DNA from: Azolla caroliniana
Lineage: Eukaryota > Plantae > Polypodiophyta
DNA length: 64,000 nt
NCBI GenBank assembly: GCA_043228905.1
Contig: JBHGNT010000011.1
Coordinates: 3,038,001-3,102,000 of the forward strand
Direction: 5' to 3'
Part shown: positions 39,851 through 52,802 of the stretch, piece by piece
Position numbering within the stretch: the first letter of the stretch is position 1
Layout: each line of letters starts with the position of its first letter
Made by a program: the position numbers and the translations under genes
The notes under the pieces: generated by a model
What the model was told of the DNA's origin: nothing
Databases searched by the model: none
Seen by the model: the letters and a program-made list of their open reading frames with translations, nothing else

Positions 39851-40476
39851 AGAAAGATGGCTATAGGATTGCACCTTATTGCAATAGGGTAAGCTACCAA
39901 CCAATGCATTATGGTTATGGTTGGCGCCTAAGATGCTAGTGAGTTTTACATTGGGTTATGGTTTCGGTAGCATTTAACCTAGAGTAAATAGAGGAATTAA
40001 AAACCTTCATGACGTGTCTTGTATCAAATGGTTTTTCTCGGCAAAGTGAAGGAGAAGCTAGAGAAGGGGAAACAATAATATTTTCTGCATTAACATTAAA
40101 GAGTACAATGCCTTGGAAGCTCTCCACTAGCACTAAAAGAAAGAAGATATGTATAAACATTGGTAAAGGATCTCTCCATGTGTGATAGGTTAGTCGGTTA
40201 GGGGAGAATGAACGGGGGTTAGAGTTATACCATTGTTCGTGCAATGGCTATGAATGGAAGCTGTTTTGGTCATATATCCTCTTGCTACAACAACAACAAT
40301 AATGGCTACAAATCGGAAGAAAAGAAGACAAATTCATTAGGTCTAAGAAAAGAGGAGATCGGGTCATTAAATCAAATTTCAGGATCGGGTCTTTCGAAAG
40401 AAGCGTGCCGTGCGATTTTAAGTCTCGGACACGAGTTGTTGAAAAAACAAACGAAAAAACAAATTTTTTAGGGTTT

Positions 40477-43183
40477 CTAGAAACTCTGCTTGATCGAACA
40501 TGCTACCACTTGTGCCCAATGCCGCAACCGCGTCTTCACTCGGCTCGGATGGTCCCCTACAAGAAAGCCAAAGGAAATGCTTAGCAAAACAAAACATGTT
40601 ATTGTACCCTAAACCCTAAACCTCATACAAATAGCGAAGGAAGGAAGGAGCCTTCCGTCCTCGTTAAACCCTAAACCTAATTGCTTGCAAACTTAGGGCA
40701 TTTTCAAGCAAAAAAAAATTGGGTCAACCTCGTACAAATAGCAAAGGAGCCTTCCATCCTCATTAAACCCTAAACCTAATTGCTATCAAGCTTAGGGAGC
40801 ATGTTCAAGCCAAAAAAATGGGTTCAACCTCGTACAAATAGCAAAGGAGCCTTCCATCCTCGTTAAACCCTAAACCTAATTGATTCCAAGCTTAGGGAGC
40901 ATGTTCAAGCAAAAAAATTGGGTTCAACCTTGTACAAATAGCAAAGGAAGGAGCCTTCCATCCTCGTTAAACCCTAAACCTAAACCTAATTGCTTCCAAG
41001 CTTAAGGAGCACGTTCAAGCAAAAAAATTGGGTTCAATTACATGCGGAAACCCCATGGAAATCTTGTGTCTTGGAACCTACATGCCTAAGTAACTCCTCA
41101 AATAAGGTAAACAAACACTCCGGCGTTCCATGAATAATCTAAACCCTAAAACCATGTTAAAAATCTTCCTGCATTGCAAATAAGAACTGTGAATAACCTA
41201 AACCATGTTAAAAATTTCCCTGCATAACGAACAAGAACTCCGGCCCCTCGAAACCCTAAAAGCTTTTGTCTCAACATGAAGGATTCCCACCCAACCCAAA
41301 ACTTCTTTTTACCCTAATAAAGAAGCAATTGACCCCATGGAAATCCTAAACCCTAAACATGTATACAAGGTCACAACATACAATAGTTTAGGGCTAGTAG
41401 ATGACTACACATGAAAACCTAAACCTAAACCCCTATAATTCACAAAAAAAAAAAAAAAAAACAGGAATGATTCCTGCAGACTCACCTGCTCATACCCCTT
41501 GAAACCCTGAACCCTAAACATGCATTATAGCATGGCATGTTCAACAACACTAATGTCCCCCCAACATGGGAGATCTTCACCCTAAAACCAACTTACAGAA
41601 CTCGCACTCAAGACTCCATGAAAACCTAAACCCCAAAATCTAAAAATTCATTAGGAAACGTGGCTTCCCAGATATCCAAAATGCTCAATTTCCCATGAAA
41701 ACCCGATAGAAACCCCCAAACCCTAGTTCAACTGGATAATCCCCGGACATATATATGACAGAAATGCTCGATGGCGTGAAAACCTAAACCCCAAAAAACC
41801 CTAGTTCAACCGGATAATTGCCGAGAGAAATGCACCAATTCCGTGTGAACACCCAAACTCCGAAAACCCTAAAATTCACGACGAAAAATGGACTTACCCC
41901 CAACTCAGAAATCGACACAATACACACATACATAAGGATGGGATCCCCCCCCCTTACAATTCACTCTGCAAAGAAAAGAGACACATACCAGGGCTCGAGA
42001 TCCGCCATGTCTCAGTGGAGGTGCTCCCATTGCTTCCAGCGCTGCTTGTCCGCTCGAGCGGAGTGATGGGCGAGCCGCGGCCTTTGGAGTCGGCATACTG
42101 GCGATTGATGGCATAATAGAGCTCTAGGGCAGGGAGGGTACTCTTCAGGCTGCTATCCTCATCGTGCCCAAACCCAAACCCTAATTCGATGGAGCCCCGG
42201 AGCTCGTCTAGGTCTTCGTCCGTGAGGCTCCGGGTTCTTGTCCGCTGCAATGGGCGGCGGACATGGATGGGCGAGGGGCACCGGCCCACCAGATTCTGAT
42301 GCCTCCTCCTCCTCTGCTGCTGCTGCTGCTGCTGCCCAATTCCGCCTCCCGATTGCACAGAATTGCTGTTGCCCCGCCCCGCAGGCCCATTCTCCAGCCA
42401 ATCCTCATCATCACAATCATGGAACAGCTCTTCTTCTGCATCGGCATCATCATCTGCATCATAGATCCCATCCACATCTCCATCTCCATCTCCATCTTCT
42501 CCATCTCCATCTGATGATTCATCAGATTCAGCAGACTCGTTTGCCATGGAAGCAGCTCCATCTGCTATGCTCCCATCCCTCAGACCCCTAGGGGCACAGA
42601 GATTCCCATCCATGTGCTCTCCATGGACATCTCCGCAGGCCTCGCCTGCCTCCTCCTCATCATCATCATCATCATCACGCAATTCATCCGCCGCACTGTG
42701 ATCTTTCGTGGGGAAGGATATTAGGGTTTTGACACGCGGAGGGGGCTGCAGATCACGGGGGCGTGGCCATGAGCCACAGGAAGCGGCTATGTCCATGGGG
42801 AGCGAGGCCGAAGAAGAAGGCGAAGAGGAGGGAGGGCCCGACACAGAATGTGGCATGATCGCAACGCTACCTTGATGGCGATGGTCGGAATTAGAATTAG
42901 GTCGGGAGGAATCGCCTATGTGGCCGTCTCGCTCAGGCGACTTGCAATCGAGGGAGAGATCGGAGGAGTGGGCACGGGCCAATCGGGAAGGGCGGGTGGG
43001 GGTGTTGGTGTTGGTGTTGAGGTCGGCGGAGGAAGGGGCGCAGAAGTAGCGATGGCGATGGTGGAAGGGGCCAGATCCATCAAAGCAGGAGGAGGAGGAG
43101 GAGGAAGAAACAGAAGCAGAAGCAGAGGAGGAGCGATGGTGGGGGAGGATATCTTCAGGAGGGGGGATGCTCCGGTACGGCAT
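40477..43183 (-). CDS. DUF1685-family plant protein, 2 exons (43183-41989, 40556-40477), about 424 aa
   Basis: Exon 1 ends RTRSLTDEDLDELRGSIELGFGF...LKSTLPALELYYA...WRISSPG. A phase-1 GT..AG intron (41988-40557) follows. Exon 2 gives DHPSRVKTRLRHWAQVVACSIKQSF*, the conserved DUF1685 C-terminus. First ATG at 43183. Confidence 0.92.
40610..41040. repeat. About four tandem ~100-110-bp units, each with a telo-box, in the DUF1685 intron
   Basis: CCTCGTACAAATAGCAAAGGAGCCTTCCATCCTCGTTAAACCCTAAACCTAATTG...CAAGCTTAGGGAGCATGTTCAAGC(A)nTTGGGTTCAA repeated. Confidence 0.9.
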
Positions 43184-43199
43184 GGAGGGCAAGGAAGGA

Positions 43200-43550
43200 A
43201 CTCCACAGACAGACAGACGGACAGACAGAGGTCTCTGCAGAGGAGAAGAATCTGATGGAGAAGAAGAAGAAGACAGAGAGAAGGAGGGGGGGGTCTCTCT
43301 CTGCAGAGAAGAATCTGATGATGGTGAAGAAGAAGAAGAAGAAGAAGAAGAAGAAGAGAGAGAGAGAGAGATAAGGCTCTCGGCTCGGCTCGGCTCGGCT
43401 CAAAGACAGCCATAAAAGCAAACGCATAGAGAGTAGAGAGAGAACTCAGAGGCAGCCGCAGCAAGAGGCAGAGAGAGACTAGAGAGAGAAGGTAGAGAGA
43501 GGATAGAGAGAGAATGTAGAGAGAGACTAGAGAGAGAATGTAGAGAGAGG
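43200..43550. repeat. (GA)n, (GAA)n, (CAGA)n and (CGGCT)n microsatellites in the DUF1685 5' region
   Basis: Directly visible. Confidence 0.85.
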
Positions 43551-43630
43551 TGGGCCGTCACGTGGGCTCCCGCGTTTCGCGCTTGTCCTCGCTGGCGCCC
43601 CCGTGCCCACGTCATCGGCCGCCACGTGGC
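43549..43630 (-). promoter_or_regulatory. GC-rich proximal promoter with G-box/ABRE (CACGTG 43559-43564; GCCACGTGGC 43621-43630) and TGGGCY site II motifs
   Basis: Motifs read directly, immediately upstream of the DUF1685 5' region; function inferred. Confidence 0.5.
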
Positions 43631-46426
43631 GCAGCCTCCTTCGCCGAGCCCGTGGTCCCCCCCCCCCTTCTGCTTTTTTTTGCTTTTGCTTTTTTGTCCC
43701 GCCCCTCTGCTGCATGTGCCCTTCTTTCTTTTCTCTCGTTTTCTTTTCTTCTTCTTTTTTCTCTTTCTGCTTTTTTCTATTACGTATCTATTTTTACTCC
43801 TATTTATCTATTTATATTCACCTATTTACATCTTTTTTATCTACATTATATTTTTTTATACAATATATCTTTATTTTTATTTTTATATTGTTTTTACATT
43901 TATCTTTATGTTTATCTTTAGACCTTATCTATATATTTATTATTTATTATTTATATTTATCTATTAGCTTGGTTTGTTTTTTTAACTCTCTTTTATTTTT
44001 GCGTTTGCTTTAATTTTTGGGGGTGGTGCTCACTTTTTAAAACGCACACTTCTAACCCCGCCCCCCTAGCACTCCTTTTTAGAGCTTTTTGGAGATCATC
44101 TCCAGAGATAGGAGAAGAAGAGGGCCCTCTCTCTCTCTCCTTGTCCTTTCGGAACCCATCTCGATCTTTCGATGTTCCCTACCCCGGCAAATCTCGAACA
44201 CGCACCACCACACTTCACACCAACTCACTCATTCTCACTCGACCGAAGCCTCTTCTGGCTTGCCTCCCCTCTGCCCTGCCCATGTTGTGCCTCTTGGACA
44301 TGGAACTGCCTGCCGCACACACCTCCACCCCCTTCTATCTGGTGCTGGTGTTTTCGTGCCTATACATACAACACACGCACCCGCGCACGATAGCACCTCC
44401 TCTTGTCTCCTTTGCCCAATGGAATTGTTATAGGCTCTACTCGTGGTCGTGTAAGAGTGTGTATGTATGTCACCTGGAATGGATGGCCCAATCGCACACG
44501 TGGAGTGGGCTTACAATTGTGCGCCTATCTCGAATCAGTCACCCCCCAGGTTGTGTTTGAGAATATATTCCTTAGTGTTTGTCTGATCATTTTAGATTAG
44601 ATTCTAGATTGTTGTATCGGAAAAGCTCCCTTTATGGAAATTTACAAACAATACGTTTTTTAAAACAAGCAACATTTTAGTGACTATAGCCTTTTTTTCC
44701 TTTTATCAAACTTCTTGTACTGTACATATCCCTCCAATCTAGAATTTCCATGCAAATAGACACATAAATAAACATACACCATCCATTGTAACTCTCATGT
44801 GAAACCTATCCAAACTCTAGAATTGGGGGTGTTTTTATATTTTTTAATCTCGACAATCAGCCGAGTTGTCTTTCTCATGTATAAAATAATGTGGAATTGT
44901 GGGAAAATAAGAAGTTATAAGAATCTTTTTCTACATTTATGTCAATACTTGTTGTGAATGAGGGAGTTTTTTTTCTGGAACACTAGACTTCTTGTTGGAT
45001 GGTGCGAGCATTAACCCTTTGTATCTCTTATGGAATCATATACATATATACGAGCAATGCATGACTACAACGATCCATTCTCATGTGGACATGCACACAT
45101 CTGGAGGCTTAAGATCTCCCTTCTATTAAGAATGTAGATATAAGCAACGTATTAGTGAAGCTTCTTGTGTTTTCAAATTGGCATGCATGTAGCCAATTAT
45201 GAATTGCACAATGTCTCGCACAACTTGTATGCCATTTGGTGCTTATGATTGCCCTTTGTGGTTGGCATGTAATTTTTTTGGTTGTTCATTGATTATTCAT
45301 TTGCTAGCCATTCACTATGTCCTTAGTTCCGCAAATTGAGCAAAACACATCCACAAGTTGTGAAATGTAAGTTTATGACGATCATATTGTTGCCTTGCTT
45401 GACTCTTTTCCGTATCTCGGTTGCAATTTGACAGTGACATTATACAAAGTCTCGATAGGGTGCTTCCCTTACAAGGAACACGTTCTGAAGTCAATGTTAG
45501 GTTGGATTCTAGTACATGTGCAATTGTAGAACATTAAGATTATAATTTATGCCTATCCAATCAAAGGTTACACATTTGAAAAGGCATATTCACATTAGGC
45601 CAAAGAAGATTTATAGTTTTTTGTAGTTGGTCCCACCATCTTGTGCCTAGAGTCGAAAGGCCATGTTGATGGAATAGATATACATCTTTGTTTTGATTGG
45701 TTATTTGTTTATATCGTAATAAAATAGAAGGCAAAAGTATTAAAAGGTAGAGGAGATGACGAAGAGATGTCATTTCCTACTGTGCTTGTGCATTTCTACA
45801 TTGAAAAAAGTAAAAAGTATTATTGCTTCATTAGTGTAGCATGGAATGGGCTAGAGCCATCTACTACATGGTCCTTTCCCAGGTATGAGTATTGCCTAGA
45901 TCCTTCAAACATCTCAATGACTTATTGTCTTTGCAATAATCAAATACATGATGGGAACCCTGAGCTCTCAATGGTTATTCCAAAAAACTTTACCTCTCAT
46001 GCATTGCTTTGATATTAACTAGCACTTCACTTCCCTTTACGATCTTGAAAAGGCTCCCTCGAAGTTTTTCTCATCATTGGATATGGTAGTCTTTGATTTC
46101 TAAAGGTGACTTGACTTCATAAAAAAGCTTACAGACCACCCTACACTTTCTAGGCTAGTGCCCCAAGAAGGACCACTGCAACTTGATTTCACTTTTTGTC
46201 ATGTAATGGCACTTTTACTTGAAAAAACGTGAGAGTTCTTGTCACTTGTTTGCTTTATTTGAGGCAAGCCATGTTTTAGTAAACTATGCACATGAGCTCA
46301 AATCACATTAGTCTACTAGATGCCGCAATGAATGTAGGAGTTGAACACATGAACTTCTAGTCTCCATTGAGTAACCTTAGCAATTGTATTACAACTTTAT
46401 GGGCTCTCTCTTTTGGTTACCTCTCT

Positions 46427-46431
<5 letters not shown>

Positions 46432-46498
<67 letters not shown>
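46432..46498. repeat. (CT)n microsatellite
   Basis: Directly visible. Confidence 0.95.
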
Positions 46499-46501
<3 letters not shown>

Positions 46502-49500
46502 TGTATACATGTTGGGTCGGTGGTGTTTAGAGCATGGCATCAAAGTCATGAATCTATGAGATCCCCAACTCGACATATGGTCCAAGTTTAGCTTTTTCCC
46601 ATCAATAATCTTTGGTCTCTTGTAGAAGTCAAGACGTTTGTCTCTCACACATGGAATGACTTCTTTGGCAATGGCAAATGACAAGTGTGATTTACATAGG
46701 GAGTACCTCCACCCAACCACCCCCTATAACATCAATAATTGTGTTTAACAAGTCAACATCCTAACTAGAAAAGTTTTAATCTCATTCAAGGAAAGAAAAA
46801 AGGTCTCATCTCTGAAAGTTTTAATCTCTTTAAAGGAAAAAAAGGTCCCAACTAGCAAAGTTTTAATCCCAAGATCCTAAGCCAATCTCACCTCTGAAAA
46901 GGGACGAAGCGATGGATTGCAAATGGGCTCATCCCCAAAGCAATTATGGATTGTAAACGAGCTCTAAAAACAAAGTGGTGGGGGAGCTTGAGAAGACACA
47001 TCATGCCTATGAAGAGGAGAAATGGGTTTACTTTCTTTATGCTTTTCTTTAACAATTATAACAATAGTTAAGAGAATGCTTCCTAAGTTATATTTGGTTA
47101 TGTTTCTTTGCCTTCTACATTACCAATATACATCAACATCATCTCTCTGTCTATCTGTCTGTCTCTCATATGTATGCTCTCAATTGAAGTATAAGAGCAT
47201 CTTTAGGAGAAATGGATGAACATTTTGTGGTTTCTCTTCAAAGGAGACTCTATTGAAATGTTGTCTTGGGTCCCATTATCCATAGCCCATGTTACTAGAC
47301 ATTCAAGAGAGATAATGCATCATCATCATTTCTCTGTCTCTCAACAAAAAGAAAATATTTTTGTTTGTTAATTTCAAGAAATTGACCACATTATATGTCA
47401 CAATCTAAATAAATTATGTCAACTTCCTATTGAAGGAAACTGTAATGCGAACACTAACAAAAGTAAATAGTAAGTGCGAGAAAGTTATTGAGCCCAAAAT
47501 TTCAAAATATAAGACAACTTCGACAATGCCGATTGCTTAGAAATGGAAAAGTTTACTTCCATCATCAACTAACACAAGCAATAACTCCTTGAAGCTTTGT
47601 GCTTATGTTTAAAATGCCATTTTGGGTATAAGCAAACATTCTTGAAATAATGCTCTATAAAAATTCTCTAAAGGCAAAATACTGCTTTTATATCAATAAA
47701 CACAATCATGTTTATATTATTCTAAGTTCTTTTATTGAGACCTATAGGGGAGTCACCACTAGGTTACATTGCCTCTTCCATTGTTGCACTCCCATTATAA
47801 TGATACAATCATAATATGATGTTGCATTGACATTTGAGTTATTGTTTTTTTATGATAATGTTGCTACATTGCATATATATTGATAAATATTGTAAATTGA
47901 TGTAACAAATTTACGTGGATAGGATCAAGCCTCGTCAATGCTCCAAGCAATTCAACTTTATTAAGCATGGCAAAAATGCACTCATTCGATAACATCTACT
48001 TCTATTGGGTCTTACATTTATTGTTCGTTTAAGTACTTAAAGTGTTAAGAAACACTTCGTATCAGAGATTGATAAGTCCTAGCAACCAAGACATTTGCCA
48101 AGTTGATGATTCTTTAACACTTTTTTCACACAATTCAAAAAATAAATATAAGAAAACTTTATAAATATCTCATGAATAATACTCAATGTTGAACACTTTA
48201 AGTTAGATTAAGGCATTCTCATTTTAAGTTAGTATGCATCAACAAGGAACTTTGGTGTTTTCGAGAATTACCTCATACATTTGCACAACAATAAAACACA
48301 TGGGGCCAAGAGAATGTTTTTGGTCCATGGAATACTCCATATATTTGTGCAAGGTGGGTTACCGCTTATCAGCAAACACATATTCGCATGTCTAAAATAT
48401 ACAAAAAAGAAACGTACTTCTTTCAATCTTGTTTGAAAGAAAGCGCAATATAGCACTTTCATCACTAATTAATAAGTAGCTATGTGCCTTTATATATGAA
48501 TAATCCAATATAGAAATGAACAAAGCTAAAGCATCTCTCTCTCTCTCTCTCTCTCTATGTATGTATGTATGTATAAGATATATATAGACAATTGGACTGA
48601 ATGCAACACTTGTTTGTATAACCATTAATGAGTTGGGACTCATCTAAGATGCGTGCCTAAGGATGACAATTTTTAAATAGGACAAATCACATAGTTTCTT
48701 GTAATATCGGTACTTTAGCTATTGTGGATTTCTCTATGTTTGATTTAAATATATTGTCCATTTCCTTTGAATTTGCAAAAGGTCTCCATAGGCCATGAAC
48801 CTGGCAATTATAAATAAACTTATATATTGTAAAGGACACGTGTCTTCTATTATATAGATGTATTATTCGTTATGCATGCATGGCTGGCACGTATATGATA
48901 TATTAAGTTTTATGCCAAATCATATGTGAGGTACACTCATAAACATGTGAGTCACTAATAGAAAACAAACAAAATGTATTGAAGATGTGGACATGTCCAC
49001 ATGGGGATCCAATTACTTACAATGATTGATGCGAAAACTATTGTATAAGGAAATACGTCATATGTGATTGAGGCTTAAACCACAACCAATTTAGTCCAAT
49101 TGTGGCCTTGAGATATATATAATGTAGATATGTGACGCCTATTCTAAAAGTTCAATGTATGATTTGTATGTAAACTCAACGCATCATTATCATAACATTG
49201 TGGACAAAAGGAATTAGATTTGTTTTGATCCAAAATTCTATATGAATACATAGTAAAAACACAAATTTAAAAAAAATATAACCATAGTCATTTCAGTAAT
49301 GCTATTTATAATAATTGAAAAAGGTGATACTAATCCGTTATTAACAATTGATAAATGATTCTATATTTGATGTTTACACTAGAAACCATGTGTATAGGTT
49401 AATCCAACCGAAAAGAGGAAGTGGATAGTGTAAACACAACTTCTGTATTTCTCTCATGTTCGATGGATGACCATATGCCTACTTTTTTGTTTACACTATG

Positions 49501-50399
49501 TACATATATGAAGTCTAATTTGTTTGTTAGCATGCCAAATTTCCATAAGTATAATAAATGATACATTATATACAAAAAGTTTTCAATATAAGGATTCTTG
49601 AAGATCGAAAAAGTTGGCAATAATTAGATGTTCAAACCTCATTTTTGAAATTTGGGCCACCATACTTCATATCTCCCTATCATGCCACTCTACACGCCAT
49701 TATGTTGACCCACAAATGCAACATATATGTCCATTGTCCATAATAAAAGTGGTTTAATATATCAAGGGTAGTATCAAAGTCTTTCAACACAAAGAGTATG
49801 TTTTCACATAGAAATTGATCTTCATTACAATTCAATATATCCCCTAAATATTTTGCTGGTATGTCTTACATGGAAAATTTCCATTCCTTAGTTAAAGGCA
49901 TGGCTCGAATTTCTCTTTCTATTTCTACCACAGTTGTACATAAAAAAAAAAAACATGTAGTGCTATTACTAAGAGCGATATTTGCAAATCAATGATTAAG
50001 CAAAGAAAAGTGAGATAATGCGAAAACTAATTATACAGAGGGATGTAATGAAATAGGATATAGAGGATGTCAAGCTCCCCTATAAGAAGGTAGCTAGCCT
50101 TCTTATATAGGTAGAAACTCCAAAGCTTTTGAAATCTTGCAAAAATGTTACCATCCAATTTGTTAATTTTGAAAGCACGTGCGGAATCCATCTCATAAGA
50201 AAAAACCGAATTATGAAATGAACTCTAGATCACATTTCACATGAAACAAAATCCAAAATAATTATAATCACAAAAAATCTCAAAAGCTAACTCAATAACA
50301 TTTTAACCAATTGATACTCCCAAAAACAATGACCAATCAACTCCTATGATTGGCAAATTGGACAAACTACCTGAATATGAATCAATCATATGCCAACTA

Positions 50400-51123
50400 G
50401 ATATCTATGATGAACCAATAACCATTGGAAAGTTGAAATTCTTTGAGCATTTGGCTTAGTACAAATCAGACCCCAAAAATTACTCGAGAAATGATCAGAA
50501 ATCCCTTGACCATTCCAATAAGCATCCAAAGCAGAATGCTTCGAACTCTTATGAGATCAATGTGTCTACCTAGCTTTACCGAGCATTGGAAAAAATTAAT
50601 CACTTCACCGTCCAATACAAATGGATCCTTCCAAACAAAATCTTTACAATTCCAAACATTTAAGAAGAGACAAATTCTTCAAGAACTAGGAGGGAACCCT
50701 ACCTACCTAGATGAAGATCTCACTAACATGCAAATTGAGCATCACAAGACTTGCACGAGTCGTTCAAGCTCGTAAAGAGGGGCATCACACTTTTTATAGA
50801 GATGGACGAGTGATAATAAATTATCAGTGATCACACCATCAATTGACGACACATGATCCATGTGACAAGATAAAACTAGGATGATTTTATGGAATTGTAA
50901 CGACACACTTTGGACATACCCTCACTGTCTAGAGGAGATTTTAGGATATCAAATATACTTTTCCTAGTAGAAACACACTAGAGCTCGAGTAGAGGATTCC
51001 CATGAGTTGAAGGTTTTCTCTGAGAATTAGTATTTAGACAAACCTCACATTGACACACTACTGGAGGATTTGGAGGTGTTGCAATATAGTTTTCGAGAGA
51101 TCTACATAATAGGATAGAAATAT
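50400..51123 (+). mobile_element. Degenerate LINE 5' part: ORF1 end and AP-endonuclease start
   Basis: ORF1-like TYLDEDLTNMQ; then MILWNCN...FLVETH...GGFGGVAI, the APE N-terminal motifs; cut by the LTR at 51124. Confidence 0.55.
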
Positions 51124-51731
51124 TGTTGAGAGACAAGATCAACATGAAGCCGAACTGGCTAAAGGATCAGCTAAAGAAGCCGACAATTGGATCGACCGAG
51201 AAAGGCAACATGTTGTTGGAGGCCTTTATTCCTACGTTTAGTAATAGAAATAGTAAGTACATTCAATGTCAGATGCTCTTGTGTGAGCATTAAAGTACTT
51301 GTCAGTACTTGTGTCAACACACTTTTAAGGCTTGTATACAAAGTGCTTTGTGAGCACATTTTTATGTACTGAGTACCGAGTCATATTTTTTGAATATAGA
51401 GCTTGTTGTCTGCTTTCTTAGTCTCTCCCTCTTTGTGTATTCCCCATCTCTGTGTTTTCCCCATCTCTATGTTTTCCCCATCTCTGTGTTTTACCTAACT
51501 ATCTTCTAGTGTTCGACTGAGCCGGTTGTGTCCTGTGTACAAGCTTCAGCATACATTATTCTTTTACATGGTATCGGAGCACGAGGGTTGAAGATCCATT
51601 GCAGCTGACAAAGCGAACCAACACAAAGATAAGCCTTCATTTTCCGGACAAGAATAGACATGAACATGGACAGAGGAATGGGCATCTCCCTTCCGATAGA
51701 AAAGCTCGACAGGAGCAATTATGTATCTTGG
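51124..51731 (+). mobile_element. Copia family E-like 5' LTR (51124-51568), iMet PBS and gag start
   Basis: TGTTGAG..TTTACA; PBS TGGTATCGGAGC; MDRGMGISLPIEKLDRSNYVSW parallels 29812. Confidence 0.85.
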
Positions 51732-52655
51732 GCCACGGTAGTCCGGAAGACCTGAAGAATCCCCACACTTGTACATTAGGTAGGATGTTTTGGCTCTTCG
51801 ACAATGGAGGTTGTACAATAACCGACATCGGTGGCCAAGAGAAACGATAAGTCGAGGGGCGCTTGAAGGTTTGCGGAGCCATAGGCCCTAAAGACTCGAT
51901 CAATGGCGCCATGGAGGCAATTTCGTTCGATGACACCCTCAGGGAGATCGAGGGAAATCAAAACGAAGACCGGATGATTCTAGTCAATTCGGTCGAAATG
52001 TATGAGGCCATAGCATAATTTGGATGAATGGTCAGGGTAGGTTAGATCGCCCACGTTGACATCAAGTACAAGACTGTGCATCGGAAGGTGAGGCCAATCG
52101 CGGTAGCCTTACCAGAAGACAGTTGGGAGCAGATGAAAGGGGTTGCGACTGATTTGAGTTTGAGGGATCCGTGCGGCATAAGACAACGGTTCACCGATGA
52201 AACACTACGAAAGTTGAAGATTAGTAGGGGTGACTTCCTACTGGCCACGAAGCAAGACCAGTTTCGGAGAATGCTTGAGAGGCACGAGAAGGTCTTTGCA
52301 TTCTCACCAGAGGAGATTGGGTGCGTCAACCCGAGGCGAATAGTCGCCTTGTGGGCGAGGCAAATAATCTATTGTGTGTGAATTGAAATATCACATACAC
52401 AGTACTGATCACATATGTATTGAGAGGGAACAATAGGAAGGAGTGGCTGATCATCTGAAAAGATTAGCTAAGCATCTGCGGCTTGGTCAGCCTTTACCCA
52501 GACACGGAGCACTTGATAAGGCATATTCATGGACTAGGAACTATGGGATCACCTTCATCATTTGACGGGTGACGGAAGGATCATACTACACGAGCCTTTT
52601 CTGCTTCCCTCGAGTGTCCATCAGACTATTGTCGAACCAATGGTGATCTTCACGG
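51732..52655 (+). mobile_element. Gypsy family B-type internal fragment upstream of RT
   Basis: KYKTVHRKVRPIAVALP...FRRMLERHEKVFAFSPEEIGCVNP...IVEPMVIFT; continues at 61627 after the family D insertion. Confidence 0.85.
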
Positions 52656-52802
52656 TATCATGAATACATAAGCATCATGGCTTCACTTGGGCTTGAACCC
52701 AAGACCTTGTAATACATAATCAAGAACCTAACCATTGGGATAGCATATGATTATATAAAATAATAAAAGCTACTTCTTATAATAAATTGATTATTGTAAA
52801 TG

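Noticed and set aside
41954-41988. End of the 412-aa ORF (MCLFSLQSEL)
   Set aside because: Intronic; the conserved C-terminus is in exon 2 at 40556-40477.
43550-44013. Long hydrophobic F/Y/I/L-rich ORFs
   Set aside because: Artefact of T-rich low-complexity DNA; open in all three frames.
44089-44600. Possible divergent gene or miRNA precursor
   Set aside because: No recognisable domain, splice structure or long hairpin could be supported.
47775-47795. Partial similarity to miR408 (CATTGCCTCTTCC)
   Set aside because: Short imperfect match with no fold-back partner seen.
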